Counted from the stretch's first letter, positions 9,141 to 18,650 are shown. The stretch is 40,935 nt of DNA from an uncultured bacterium (GCA_963978095.1 CAXBQP010000029.1:1-40935); one strand, 5' to 3'. Numbers and translations: made by a program. Notes: a model not told the origin generated them from the letters alone.

Positions 9141-9767
9141 GTGAAGCGGACCGCGACCCCCTCGGTGTCGATCGCCCCGCTGGCGCACGCCTTCGACGAC
9201 GTGCGGTTCGGTGCGGCGCGGACGCTGGATCTGCGGAGTTCGATGCCGACCGCGGAACAGGCGGTTCGGCGATTGGATCCGTGGCTGCGGCAGAAGCAGG
9301 TGGAGAAGGCAGGCGAGGTCCTGGTGATCACGGGACGCGGCAACGGGAGTCCGGGTGGTGTGGCGGTCGTGCGCGTCGCGGTGCGCAAGGCGTTGACGCA
9401 ACTCAAACGCAAGCGGGTCATCGCCGAGGTGCATGAACACACGCCGGGGTCGTACGTCGTCACGCTCGAACGGACCGCGGCGCTTTTCGAGGCCGGAAAG
9501 CGCACCCGCGATGCGGAACCTGCCCCCCGCCCGCGTTCGACGGAGGTCGAGGGACTTTCGTTGCAGACCGTGACCATGCTGCGTGCCCTCGCAGCGCGCG
9601 CGCTCGATGCACTCGGCGCGCCGCGTTCGGAACGCTTCATGGACGATGAGTTCCGCCGCCAGTTCTCGGTTCTCTCCGCCGCCATTCCCGCGGATGCGCC
9701 GGAGCGTGAACAGCGTCTTCGTGAGATGGTCGCGGCCGCCCTGGAGGCGTACGACGACGCCGAGTGA
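9141..9767 (+). CDS. Smr-domain protein with helical C-terminal extension
   Basis: TLDLR, A..RL..WL, VLVITGRGNGS and GSYVVTL match Smr topology. The GTG is 3 nt after the upstream stop. Confidence 0.75.
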   Translation: MKRTATPSVSIAPLAHAFDDVRFGAARTLDLRSSMPTAEQAVRRLDPWLRQKQVEKAGEVLVITGRGNGSPGGVAVVRVAVRKALTQLKRKRVIAEVHEHTPGSYVVTLERTAALFEAGKRTRDAEPAPRPRSTEVEGLSLQTVTMLRALAARALDALGAPRSERFMDDEFRRQFSVLSAAIPADAPEREQRLREMVAAALEAYDDAE

Positions 9768-9851
9768 TCGCTCGCCCACCGTCGGTGATGCGCACCGAGG
9801 GTGGTTCCCCCCGTACACGCCACGCCCGTGACTCCAGCGACTCCAGCGACG

Positions 9852-10742
9852 ATGGAACAGCGCCGACTCGGACGCTCAGGCCGGACGGCCTCGATCATCA
9901 CCCTCGGCACGTCGCGGCTCGCGAGTGTCGGCCAACAGGCAGCGATCGCGCTCGTGCGCGAAGCGATCGATCACGGGGTCAATGTGATCGAGACCGGATG
10001 GGCGTATGGCGACGGAAAAGTCGAGAAGTGGCTCGGCCTCGCCCTCAAGGACGGCTATCGGGAACGCGTGATGCTGGTGTGGCAGTGCGGGGCGTACCGG
10101 CGTGACTACAAGACCTCGATGCAGCAGTTCGACGAGTCGCTGCGCCGCGTGGGGACCGACCGGTTCGATATCTGGTCGTTCGGTGAGCTGATCTACGACA
10201 ATGACCCCGAGTGGCTCGACGACCATGGCGGCCTCGACGCGGCACAGGAGGCGCGCGACGAAAAACGCATCGTCGGCATCGGGTTCAGCGGACACAAGGC
10301 ACCCCATATCCACATGAAGCTCTTGCAACGCGGCTTTGCATGGGATCTGGTACAGATGCCGCTCAATCCGCTCGACGCCACGTATCGGTCGTTCGAGCGG
10401 CAGGTGCTGCCGGAGGCGGTCAAGCGCGGAATCGCGGTGATCTCCACCAAGCCGATCGCTGGTGGTGCGATCGCGCGTGCAAAGGTGGTGAAACCCGAGG
10501 ACGCGCTCCGGTATTGCTTCTCGCTGCCGGTGAGTTCCGTACAGTGCGCGGCCGATGATCGGGCACTCCTGAAGAAGAATCTCAAACTGGCGACCACGTA
10601 CACGCCGTATCACGCCGGCGAGATGGATCTCGTGCGTCAGAAGTGTCGGCCCGTGGCCGGGGACGGCCGGTTCGAGCGATACAAGTCCACGCAGGAGTTC
10701 GACAGTCCGCTCGGATTGGCGGTGCACGGATTCCGTCCGTGA
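9852..10742 (+). CDS. Aldo/keto reductase
   Basis: RRLGRSG, GVNVIETGWAYGDGKVE, SLRRVGTDRFD, IGFSGH and QMPLN. The start could be as early as GTG 9801. Confidence 0.85.
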   Translation: MEQRRLGRSGRTASIITLGTSRLASVGQQAAIALVREAIDHGVNVIETGWAYGDGKVEKWLGLALKDGYRERVMLVWQCGAYRRDYKTSMQQFDESLRRVGTDRFDIWSFGELIYDNDPEWLDDHGGLDAAQEARDEKRIVGIGFSGHKAPHIHMKLLQRGFAWDLVQMPLNPLDATYRSFERQVLPEAVKRGIAVISTKPIAGGAIARAKVVKPEDALRYCFSLPVSSVQCAADDRALLKKNLKLATTYTPYHAGEMDLVRQKCRPVAGDGRFERYKSTQEFDSPLGLAVHGFRP

Positions 10743-10752
10743 TGTCGTCCCG

Positions 10753-12297
10753 ATGCCGCTGAGCGGCAACGCCTCACCGGCGATCGGTCGTTGGTGGTGG
10801 CTCCTCTCGCTTGCCGCGGGCGCTGCGATCGTCGTCGGCTTCTGGTGGATGGCACATCGGACGCTCTATCCGCTTCTGCCGGACAGTACGGCGTATCTGG
10901 AAATGGCGCGGTCGTTCCTGCGGGTCGGACGATTCGAGGTGGTGCCGTACGCGCTCACGGAATCCGGTGCGACCTCCACACCGACCATTCTCTGGCCTCC
11001 GCTCTTTCCGTTGACGATCGCGGCGCTCTCGCACGCGGGGATCGCCGACGTGCTGGCGGCTCCTCTGATCAACCGGTGCTGCTTTGCCGTGGTGCCGGCC
11101 GCGTTGCTGTGGGCCCTGGCGGGACATCTGCCGCCACGACGCGGATTGATGGCGGGCCTGCTGGCCCTGACGGCTCCGGGCATGCTCGCCACACAATATT
11201 TCGGCCTCAGCGAGGGGCTCGCGACGCTGTTGCTCGTCGTGAGCGTGGGGAGTGCGTTGCGGGCCGAGCGCATGGCGATGCTGGTCGTCTCCGGGGTATG
11301 CGCGGGGGCGGCGTATGTCACCCGCAATCCCGCGCTCGCCATCTGCGTGGCGATCCCTGCCTGGCTGCTGCTCGAACGGGAGCGTGGGACGCCCGCCCGC
11401 CTGCTCGCGTGGAGCGCCGGGGCGCTGCTCGCGATCGCGCCGCTCTGGTGGTACAACCTGTCCGTCTTCGGCAGCGTGCAACCGTATGCGGCGACCGCGT
11501 CCACGACCGGGATCGTCCGGAACGTGCAGGCCTTGACCGTCAGCATGGCGGGCGAGCTCGTGGGCGCCCGCGGTGTCGACCAGTGGCTGGCATTCCCGGT
11601 GCTATCGCTCCTGACATGCGTGGGATTTGCGGCGGGCGCCGTCTGGGGGTGGCGTGCATCGGTTCGGCGCGCGCACGACGGGCGTGCGGTGCGTCTCCTG
11701 CTGCTGGTCGCGGCGGGGATGAGTGTGCTGCTCGTCGTCGCCGCAAGTCGCTACGAGTTCCAGGGGCTCGGCGACCATCGGTTCGTCGTGCCCTATCTCT
11801 GGACGCTGTTCGCGGCGGGCGCAGTCCTGATGCCTGAGATCGCCTCCCGGCATCGACCACTCGTCCTCGGCAGCGTCGTACTCCTCGTCGGAGCACGAGG
11901 TTATGATTCGTGGCAGCGCAGCAGGCATATGACGGATCATGGCGATGGTGCGATGGCCGTTGCCGCCGATACGTCGCTGCATCGATACCTCGTGGATCAG
12001 GTCGAACCACGCGTGCTCGTGGCGTCCAATGCAGCGTGGGTGTTGCGCGCCGAGACCGGGACCGCCACGCGTCAACTGCTGTTCTGTCCGGACTTCGATG
12101 CACAGCTTTCGCAGCTCACCGCGCTGGTGGCATCAGGGCGTCCGGTTGCGGTGGTCATGACCGCGCCGGTCACCGGTGCCCGGTGTGAGGACGCCTGGAT
12201 GCAGGCGCTCCGGCAGCGGGGCTTCGTGCCGGTTTTCGTCTCGCCGCAGTCGGTGGTATATCGCCAGGACCCGTCGCCCTCGGGTCACTCATCCTGA
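10753..12297 (+). CDS. Polytopic membrane glycosyltransferase (GT-C, ArnT/PMT-like)
   Basis: N-terminal TM then PDSTAYLEMARS, WPPLFP, LSEGL, YVTR and HRFVVP, with about 11-12 hydrophobic segments. Confidence 0.65.
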   Translation: MPLSGNASPAIGRWWWLLSLAAGAAIVVGFWWMAHRTLYPLLPDSTAYLEMARSFLRVGRFEVVPYALTESGATSTPTILWPPLFPLTIAALSHAGIADVLAAPLINRCCFAVVPAALLWALAGHLPPRRGLMAGLLALTAPGMLATQYFGLSEGLATLLLVVSVGSALRAERMAMLVVSGVCAGAAYVTRNPALAICVAIPAWLLLERERGTPARLLAWSAGALLAIAPLWWYNLSVFGSVQPYAATASTTGIVRNVQALTVSMAGELVGARGVDQWLAFPVLSLLTCVGFAAGAVWGWRASVRRAHDGRAVRLLLLVAAGMSVLLVVAASRYEFQGLGDHRFVVPYLWTLFAAGAVLMPEIASRHRPLVLGSVVLLVGARGYDSWQRSRHMTDHGDGAMAVAADTSLHRYLVDQVEPRVLVASNAAWVLRAETGTATRQLLFCPDFDAQLSQLTALVASGRPVAVVMTAPVTGARCEDAWMQALRQRGFVPVFVSPQSVVYRQDPSPSGHSS

Positions 12298-12322
12298 ACC
12301 CTTCCTTCACCGCTCGAATCCC

Positions 12323-14431
12323 ATGATGCATCGTGCCGCACTGCTTCTTGCCCTCATCGGCGCACCGCTCACGGCGCCGCTCGTCGCCCAGGGTGTGGTC
12401 GGGTACACGCCCGCGAACGCCGATCGGCAGAAGGCCGCCGAGCAGGCCGCGATCGCGCGGCCGGATCCGGCGCGCGCGTCGGTGATGTCCAAAGCGCTCT
12501 CCGATGGCCCGCATGTGGCCGGCACGGACGGGCAGGCGCGGACGCGTGACTATGTGATTGCCCAGATGAAGGCGATGGGGATCGAGACGGATGTGAAGCA
12601 GTACGACATCTGGATGCCGCACCCGACGTCCGTCCAGGTCTGGCGCATGGGGAGGACGCCGAAGGCGCTGAATCTCAAGGAAGGGCCGGTCGCGTCGGAT
12701 CCGACCTCGAGCAAATACCCGGAGACGGCGCCGATCAACGGCTATGGCGGGTCCGGCGATGTGACTGCCGAGGTGGTGTATGTGAACTATGGGCTGATCG
12801 AGGACTACGCGACGCTCGACTCGCTGGGCATCAGCGTGAAGGGAAAGATCGTGATGGCGCGCTACGGGCGCAGTTTCCGCGGCATCAAGGCGCGTGAGGC
12901 GGAGAAGCATGGCGCGAAGGCGCTGTTGATCTATTCCGATCCGCAAGATGACGGCTACGTCGTCGGCGATGTGTACCCCGAGGGTGCGTACCGTCCGTCG
13001 CAGGGCATCCAGCGCGGGAGCGTCATGAACGGCGATGGCGATCCGAGCACGCCCGGCTACGCGAGTGTGAAGGGAGCGCCACGTCTGGCGCTGGACAAGA
13101 TGGATGTTCCGCATATTCCCGTTGTGCCGATCTCGTATGGCAACGCGGGAGAACTCCTGCGTGATGTGCGCGGTGGTGTGTTGCCGCGCGGGTGGCAGGG
13201 CGGACTCCCCTTCCGCTACCACGTGGGTCCTGGCCCAGTGACGGCGCGCGTGAAGGTCGTGACCGACACCGCGACCAAGGCGATCAAACCGATCTGGGAC
13301 ACCTTCGGGACGATCCGCGGGACGGAGCTGCCGGACGAACTCGTGATCGTCGGGGGCCATCGTGACGCGTGGGGCCCGGGCGCGGCCGACAATGTCAGCG
13401 GTACGGTGAGCATCCTCGAGGCCGCGCGCGCGGTCGCCGAGCAAGTGAAGGCCGGCTGGAAGCCGAAGCGCACGCTGGTGTTCGCCACGTGGGACGCCGA
13501 GGAATGGGGGTTGATCGGCTCCACCGAATACGTGGAGGATGACACCTTGCGTCTCAGCAAAGGCGCCGTCGCCTATTTCAATCAGGATGTCTCGGCGCAG
13601 GGGGGATCGTTCGGCGGCGGCGGCTCGCCGTCGTTGCGTCCGCTCCTCCGTGATGTCGCGCGCGCCGTGCCGTATCCCGGGAAACCGGGCACGAGCGTCT
13701 ACGCGATGTGGCGCAGCATGACCCGCACCCCGGACGGACAGGAACCCTCGATGGGCGATCCCGGCGGTGGCTCGGACTTCGCCCCCTTCTACAACCACCT
13801 CGGCATTCCGATCGCCGAGTGGGGCTTCGGCGGCGGCGGTGGCGTCTACCATTCGGTGTACGACTCGTACGCGTGGATGTCGACGTTCGGCGATCCCGGG
13901 TTCACCTTCCACGCCACGTCGGCGCGCCTGGCGGCGGCGATGATGATGCGCATGGCCAATGCGGACGTGCTCCCCTACGACTATGTGGAGTTCGCGCGGA
14001 CCATGCAGAAGTATGTGCCTGCCGTCCAGTCGGCACTCGGCGCGGCGGGATGGAAGACGCTCAGTGCGGCGCCGATCGCCGATGCGGTGACGCGCATGGA
14101 ACAGGCCGCAGTCGCGTACCAAACCGCCCGCGACAACGCGCTCGCCAATGGGGTGAGCGCGGCCGTTGCCAAGAATACGAACGAGGCATTGCTCAAGGTC
14201 GAGCGTGCCCTGACGCGTCCGGAAGGGCTCAAGACACGTCCGTGGTTCCGCAACCTCATCTATGTCGCCGACGAGAACAACGGCTATGCGAACATGGTTT
14301 TCCCGTCGGTGAACGAGGCGATTCGCTCAGGTGATCAGGCGCTGACGCAGCGCGAGATTCTGGATCTCGCCAAGCGGTTCGACGCGGCGACCGCGGCGGT
14401 CAACGCGGCGCGTGCCGCGCTCACGCCATAG
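12323..14431 (+). CDS. M28 metallopeptidase with PA and transferrin-receptor-like dimerisation domains (glutamate carboxypeptidase II-like)
   Basis: PHVAG, YVNYG, QRGSV, GDPSTPG, GGHRDAW, GAADNVSG, WDAEEWGLIGSTE, GGSDF, YHSVYD and RPWFRNLIY. Confidence 0.92.
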   Translation: MMHRAALLLALIGAPLTAPLVAQGVVGYTPANADRQKAAEQAAIARPDPARASVMSKALSDGPHVAGTDGQARTRDYVIAQMKAMGIETDVKQYDIWMPHPTSVQVWRMGRTPKALNLKEGPVASDPTSSKYPETAPINGYGGSGDVTAEVVYVNYGLIEDYATLDSLGISVKGKIVMARYGRSFRGIKAREAEKHGAKALLIYSDPQDDGYVVGDVYPEGAYRPSQGIQRGSVMNGDGDPSTPGYASVKGAPRLALDKMDVPHIPVVPISYGNAGELLRDVRGGVLPRGWQGGLPFRYHVGPGPVTARVKVVTDTATKAIKPIWDTFGTIRGTELPDELVIVGGHRDAWGPGAADNVSGTVSILEAARAVAEQVKAGWKPKRTLVFATWDAEEWGLIGSTEYVEDDTLRLSKGAVAYFNQDVSAQGGSFGGGGSPSLRPLLRDVARAVPYPGKPGTSVYAMWRSMTRTPDGQEPSMGDPGGGSDFAPFYNHLGIPIAEWGFGGGGGVYHSVYDSYAWMSTFGDPGFTFHATSARLAAAMMMRMANADVLPYDYVEFARTMQKYVPAVQSALGAAGWKTLSAAPIADAVTRMEQAAVAYQTARDNALANGVSAAVAKNTNEALLKVERALTRPEGLKTRPWFRNLIYVADENNGYANMVFPSVNEAIRSGDQALTQREILDLAKRFDAATAAVNAARAALTP

Positions 14432-14447
14432 TGCCGGACGCGCACGC

Positions 14448-15611
14448 ATGACGGTGTCGACCGCCGAGTTGCGCCGCTATGCGCGGCAGATCGTCCTGCC
14501 CGGCTTCGGGACCGACGGGCAGGAACGCCTGCGCGCGTCGTCGGTGCTGGTCGTCGGCCTTGGTGGGTTGGGGTCACCCGCGGCGCTGTATCTCGCGGCG
14601 GCGGGCATCGGGCGGTTGGGGCTGGTCGATGCCGACCGGGTCGATGAGAGCAACTTGCATCGGCAGATCCTCCACGGAACCCCCGACCTCGGACTCCCCA
14701 AGACCGAGTCCGCGCGCGCCAGACTCGCGGCGCTGAATCCGCACGTCACGGTGGAAGTCCATCCGGAGTTGTTCAGTGCGGCGAATGCCGTGCGACTGGT
14801 CCGTCAGTACGATGTGATCCTGGATGCGACCGACAACTTCGGGACGCGCTATGCCGTGAATGACGCCTGCGTGCTCTCCGCGCGTCCGAACGTGTATGCG
14901 AGCGTGCACCGCATGGAGGGACAGCTGTCGGTGTTCGCCGCGCACGGTGGTCCCTGCTACCGCTGCCTGTATCCCGAACCGCCGGCGGACGGCACGGTAC
15001 CCAACTGCGCCGAGGGCGGGGTGTTGGGGGTGGTACCGGGGATCCTCGGCACCGCGCAGGCCGCCGAAGCCATCAAGTTGATTGCCGGGATCGGCACGGC
15101 CCTCGTGGGTAAGCTCGTGTTGTTCGACGTCGGATCCATGCAGAGCCGTACGATGACGGTCGCGCGGAACCCCGAGTGTCCCTCGTGCGGGACCAAGCCG
15201 CGGATCCGTGCCGCCGGTGATGGTATCGTGGCGGACGATACGCTCGCCGAGCACTATCTGGCGGGCTGCACGCCCCCCAAGCCCGTGGAGTTGGCCTTCG
15301 AGATCTCGCCCAGGGAGCTCGCGGAGCGTCGAGCAGTCGGTGAGCCGTTGATGGTGATCGATGTGCGGGAGGAGTGGGAGTACGGAATCGCACATCTCGC
15401 GGGGGCGACGCTCGTGCCGTTGAGCACCTTGGTGGGCGCCGAGCCCGGCATGACGCGCCACGGCGAGTTGATCGTGTACTGCCACCATGGGGTGCGGAGT
15501 GCGCGCGCCGCCGAATATCTGCGCTCGCGGGGGATCACCGGCGCGCGGAGTCTCGCGGGTGGCATCGATCGGTGGAGTGTGGAGATCGACCCGGACGTCC
15601 CGAGGTATTGA
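14448..15611 (+). CDS. moeB: MoeB/ThiF adenylyltransferase with C-terminal rhodanese domain (MoeZ-like)
   Basis: RYARQIVL, GLGGLG, SNLHRQ, DNFGTRY, CYRC, NCAEGGVLG, CPSC and rhodanese YCHHGVRS / LAGGIDRW. Confidence 0.9.
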   Translation: MTVSTAELRRYARQIVLPGFGTDGQERLRASSVLVVGLGGLGSPAALYLAAAGIGRLGLVDADRVDESNLHRQILHGTPDLGLPKTESARARLAALNPHVTVEVHPELFSAANAVRLVRQYDVILDATDNFGTRYAVNDACVLSARPNVYASVHRMEGQLSVFAAHGGPCYRCLYPEPPADGTVPNCAEGGVLGVVPGILGTAQAAEAIKLIAGIGTALVGKLVLFDVGSMQSRTMTVARNPECPSCGTKPRIRAAGDGIVADDTLAEHYLAGCTPPKPVELAFEISPRELAERRAVGEPLMVIDVREEWEYGIAHLAGATLVPLSTLVGAEPGMTRHGELIVYCHHGVRSARAAEYLRSRGITGARSLAGGIDRWSVEIDPDVPRY

Positions 15612-16495
15612 TGACGTGGTGGGAGGGAGTCGCCGGCGTGGGGGCCGTCCTCGCCGTGTGGTGGCCGATCCGCGGACGGATCGCCGCGCGCATCGAGCGC
15701 GATTTCATGGCGGCGCGTCCGCGCGACGCGGAGGGCTTCATCGTTGGGGCAGCACCATTCACCATGCCGGGGACGCGCCCCGGGGGGGTGCTGCTGTTGC
15801 ACGGCTACAATGACTCACCGCAGTCGCTCCGGGCGATGGCCCGGATGATCAACGCGCGCGGCTGGACGGTGCGGGTGCCCGCGCTCCCCGGCCATGGCCG
15901 CACCCTCCAGGAATTCGCGGCATCGCGGGCGGACGCATGGATCGCGAGTGCGCGCGCCGAACTCCGGGCACTGCAGGGCACGCACGCCGAGGTCGCGGTC
16001 GGTGGGCTGTCGATGGGCGGGGCGATCGCCCTGTTGCTGGCGGCGGAAACGCCGTCCGTGCGTGCCGTGGTGACGTTCGCGCCGTACCTCCACGCGTCGG
16101 TGCCGTTGCCGCTGCTTGCCGCGATCGCGCCGTTGATGGCCCTCCGGGCACGGTGGATCCCCGGTGGCGGTGGCCGCTCGGTGCGCGATCCCGTGGCGGC
16201 CGCGGCGATGATCGCGTACCGGCGATCCACGCCACGCCTTTTGGTACAACTCGCGCAGGTGGTGCATCGGGTGCGGCGGACACTCGGCGCGGTGCATCAG
16301 CCCGTGCTGGTGCTGCAGTCGCGCGAGGACAATCGGATCCCTATGGGATCCGCGACGGAAGCGTTCGCACGGATCGGGTCGACGGACAAGACGCTGCAGT
16401 GGAGCAGTGGCAGCGGGCATGTCGTCACCGTGGACTACGGGTACGAGATGATCGGGACCGCCGCCGCTGATTGGTTGGAGACGCGACTGCCGTGA
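15611..16495 (+). CDS. Alpha/beta hydrolase (carboxylesterase / monoacylglycerol lipase-like) with N-terminal membrane anchor
   Basis: LLLHGY, LPGHG, GLSMGG nucleophile, QSREDNRI and SGHVVTVD. TGATG overlap with moeB. Confidence 0.88.
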   Translation: MTWWEGVAGVGAVLAVWWPIRGRIAARIERDFMAARPRDAEGFIVGAAPFTMPGTRPGGVLLLHGYNDSPQSLRAMARMINARGWTVRVPALPGHGRTLQEFAASRADAWIASARAELRALQGTHAEVAVGGLSMGGAIALLLAAETPSVRAVVTFAPYLHASVPLPLLAAIAPLMALRARWIPGGGGRSVRDPVAAAAMIAYRRSTPRLLVQLAQVVHRVRRTLGAVHQPVLVLQSREDNRIPMGSATEAFARIGSTDKTLQWSSGSGHVVTVDYGYEMIGTAAADWLETRLP

Positions 16496-16523
16496 ACGGG
16501 GCGGATGGAGCGGGGTCCGGTGG

Positions 16524-17522
16524 TCAGCGGTTCAGCTGGCGCGTCTCGCCGGGCTGCATGATCCAGAGATCCTGCGCCGGGAATCCTGCTGCCGCCCAGG
16601 CGGTCCGTGTACGGCGCGGCGGTTCGTCCACCGGTTCGTCGGTGAGGACGAAGGTGCCCCAGTGCATGCCGACCATGACCGGGTTCGCGGCGTGTTCGGC
16701 GGCGATCGCCGCGTGCGCGGCCACCGCTTCCTCAGGATTCACATGCACCGGCGCCATGAACCAGCGCGGGTCGTAGGCGCCGATCGGCATGAGGACCGCA
16801 TCGAAGGGGCCGTGGCGTGAGGCAATCGCGCCGAACTCCGGGTGGAACCCCGTGTCGCCGACAAAGTAGATCCGGTGGTGGGCGGCACCCAAGACCCAGC
16901 CGCACCAGAGCGTGTCGTTGCGTCCGGTGATTGTGCGACCCGCAAAATGTTTGGCGGGCACGCAGCGCAGGTCGGCACCAGCGGCCGTGGTGGTGTCGTG
17001 CCAGTCGAGTTCGATCAGCTGCCGGACACCGCGCGCGCGGAGCTGGGGACCGACGCCCAATGGGCAGCACCAGACGGCGTGGGGGGCGTGCGCCGCGATC
17101 GCGCGTACGCTCGGATCGCACAGATGGTCGTAATGATCATGCGATTGCAGCACGAGGTCGATCGGCGGGAGCGCGTCGAGCGACACGCCCGGCGGTACCA
17201 GCCGTTTCGGTCCGGCGAAGGGGACGGGGGAGGCGCGCTGCCCGAAGACCGGATCGGTGAGGACATTGAGTCCGTCGATCTGGAGCAGGAAGGAGGAATG
17301 CCCGATCCAGGTGATCCGGCAGACGTCGGCGCCGGCTCTCGGGTAGCAGAGCTCCGGTGTGGCGACGGCCGGGGGTGTTCCGTGCGGCGCGGAAAACAGG
17401 CGCCCCTGACGCGCGCGGTCCCAGACCCATCGCCACATCCCCGAGGCCCCGTGTTCCGGCGATCCCGGCCACGGGTTCCGGAACCGCGGATTCCGGGCAT
17501 GATGGGGAGGGCGTGGCGTCAT
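16524..17522 (-). CDS. Metallo-beta-lactamase-fold hydrolase (NAPE-PLD/RomA-like)
   Basis: FRNPW, TWIGHSS, LTDPVF, SHDHYDH, GDTG, PIGAYDPRW and MHWGTF. Confidence 0.9.
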   Translation of the reverse strand: MTPRPPHHARNPRFRNPWPGSPEHGASGMWRWVWDRARQGRLFSAPHGTPPAVATPELCYPRAGADVCRITWIGHSSFLLQIDGLNVLTDPVFGQRASPVPFAGPKRLVPPGVSLDALPPIDLVLQSHDHYDHLCDPSVRAIAAHAPHAVWCCPLGVGPQLRARGVRQLIELDWHDTTTAAGADLRCVPAKHFAGRTITGRNDTLWCGWVLGAAHHRIYFVGDTGFHPEFGAIASRHGPFDAVLMPIGAYDPRWFMAPVHVNPEEAVAAHAAIAAEHAANPVMVGMHWGTFVLTDEPVDEPPRRTRTAWAAAGFPAQDLWIMQPGETRQLNR

Positions 17523-17566
17523 ACGGGACAATACCTGTCGGAAGTCGCCGCGGCTAGATTCCGCGC

Positions 17567-17845
17567 ATGGCGACGATCACCTGTGCCCGTTGCGGCAACA
17601 CGAAGGATGCATTCGAGAAGGCTCCGTTCCCGGGAGCGATCGGCGCGCGCGTGCTGGACGGCACCTGCCGCGACTGCTGGGGCGACTGGCTGAAGCAGCA
17701 GACGATGCTGATCAACCACTACGGCTTGAACGTGATGGATCCGCAGGCGCGGCAGTTTCTGACGCGCAACATGGATGCGTTCCTGTTCAAGACCGGCGCC
17801 GGCGACGCCGTCGACACGAGCAAGCAGGGAACGATCACGCACTGA
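17567..17845 (+). CDS. YggX-like Fe(II)-trafficking / oxidative-damage protection protein, four-Cys variant
   Basis: PFPG..G.R, W..WLKQQTMLINHYGLN and AR.FL...M..FLF match the YggX pattern. It also carries CARC and CRDC. Confidence 0.85.
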   Translation: MATITCARCGNTKDAFEKAPFPGAIGARVLDGTCRDCWGDWLKQQTMLINHYGLNVMDPQARQFLTRNMDAFLFKTGAGDAVDTSKQGTITH

Positions 17846-17879
17846 GGGGGGGGGCGGGGCGGTGTGCACACGTCGGCGC

Positions 17880-17912
17880 GCGCGCCGGTCGCGCGCCGGT
17901 TGCGCGCCGCTT
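17880..17912 (+). repeat. Three tandem 11-bp direct repeats
   Basis: GCGCGCCGGTC / GCGCGCCGGTT / GCGCGCCGCTT abutting the TTGACA at 17911. Confidence 0.6.
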
Positions 17913-17945
17913 GACATTATTCGCGTAGTGTAAATAATTAGCGCG
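17911..17945 (+). promoter_or_regulatory. Sigma70-type promoter with overlapping imperfect palindrome
   Basis: TTGACA (17911-17916), an AT-rich -10 region TAAATAATT (17931-17939) and the inverted repeat ATTATT-N11-AATAAT (17916-17938). Confidence 0.7.
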
Positions 17946-18650
17946 ATGCGCGATCGCCCTCGTCCCACGTCGCCGGCGCGTCCCAGAGCCGGAACCGCGA
18001 CCACCTCGCTGGATGTCGTGCTGTGCACGGCGCACGGCAACGCCTTGGCGGTGTTGCTCGTCCGCGCGTCGGCGCGGGACTCGTGGACGTTGCCGTGGGT
18101 GGGACCCGTGGCGGGCGAGCGGCTGGAGGTGACGGCCGCCCGCGTGGCCGCGGCAGCGTCCGGTGCGCCGGCCGCGTGGCTCACGCAATGCGGGGCCATC
18201 ACCGACACACGACGCCATCCGGGTGGTGCCGCGCTGTCGGTGGGGTTCGTCGGCGTGGCCCCCTCGCGACCGCTGCCACCACCGGGGTTCGGACAGTGGT
18301 TCGCGGTGACGGCGCTCCCCGCGTTGGCGCCCCGCCAGAGCGCGGTCCTCGCGCTGGCGCTGGCGGCACTGCGTGACCGGATGGATGTGGCCCCGGTCGC
18401 GTTCCATCTGCTGCCGCGCACCTTCACGCTCTCCGAGCTGCAGGCGATGTACGAGATCCTGCTCGGCCGCCGCCTGCACAAGGCCAGCTTCCGCCGCGCG
18501 CTGCAGGCGGCGTATCTGGTGGAACCCACGGACGAATGGCGGAGTGAGGGGCGCGGCCGTCCGGCCCAGCTCTTCACGTTCGCGCCGCGGAAACGACGGG
18601 CGTCGCAGGGGTCACGCCGCGCCGTGCGCTTCGATCTGCTCGCCGGCTGA
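17946..18650 (+). CDS. NrtR-like transcriptional regulator (degenerate Nudix + winged HTH)
   Basis: N-terminal Nudix-like fold (DVVL, VLLVR, WTLP, RHPGG..LSVGF) and C-terminal LLPRTFTLSELQAMYEILLGRRLHKASFRR ... GRPAQLF, typical of the NrtR DNA-binding domain. Confidence 0.85.
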   Translation: MRDRPRPTSPARPRAGTATTSLDVVLCTAHGNALAVLLVRASARDSWTLPWVGPVAGERLEVTAARVAAAASGAPAAWLTQCGAITDTRRHPGGAALSVGFVGVAPSRPLPPPGFGQWFAVTALPALAPRQSAVLALALAALRDRMDVAPVAFHLLPRTFTLSELQAMYEILLGRRLHKASFRRALQAAYLVEPTDEWRSEGRGRPAQLFTFAPRKRRASQGSRRAVRFDLLAG

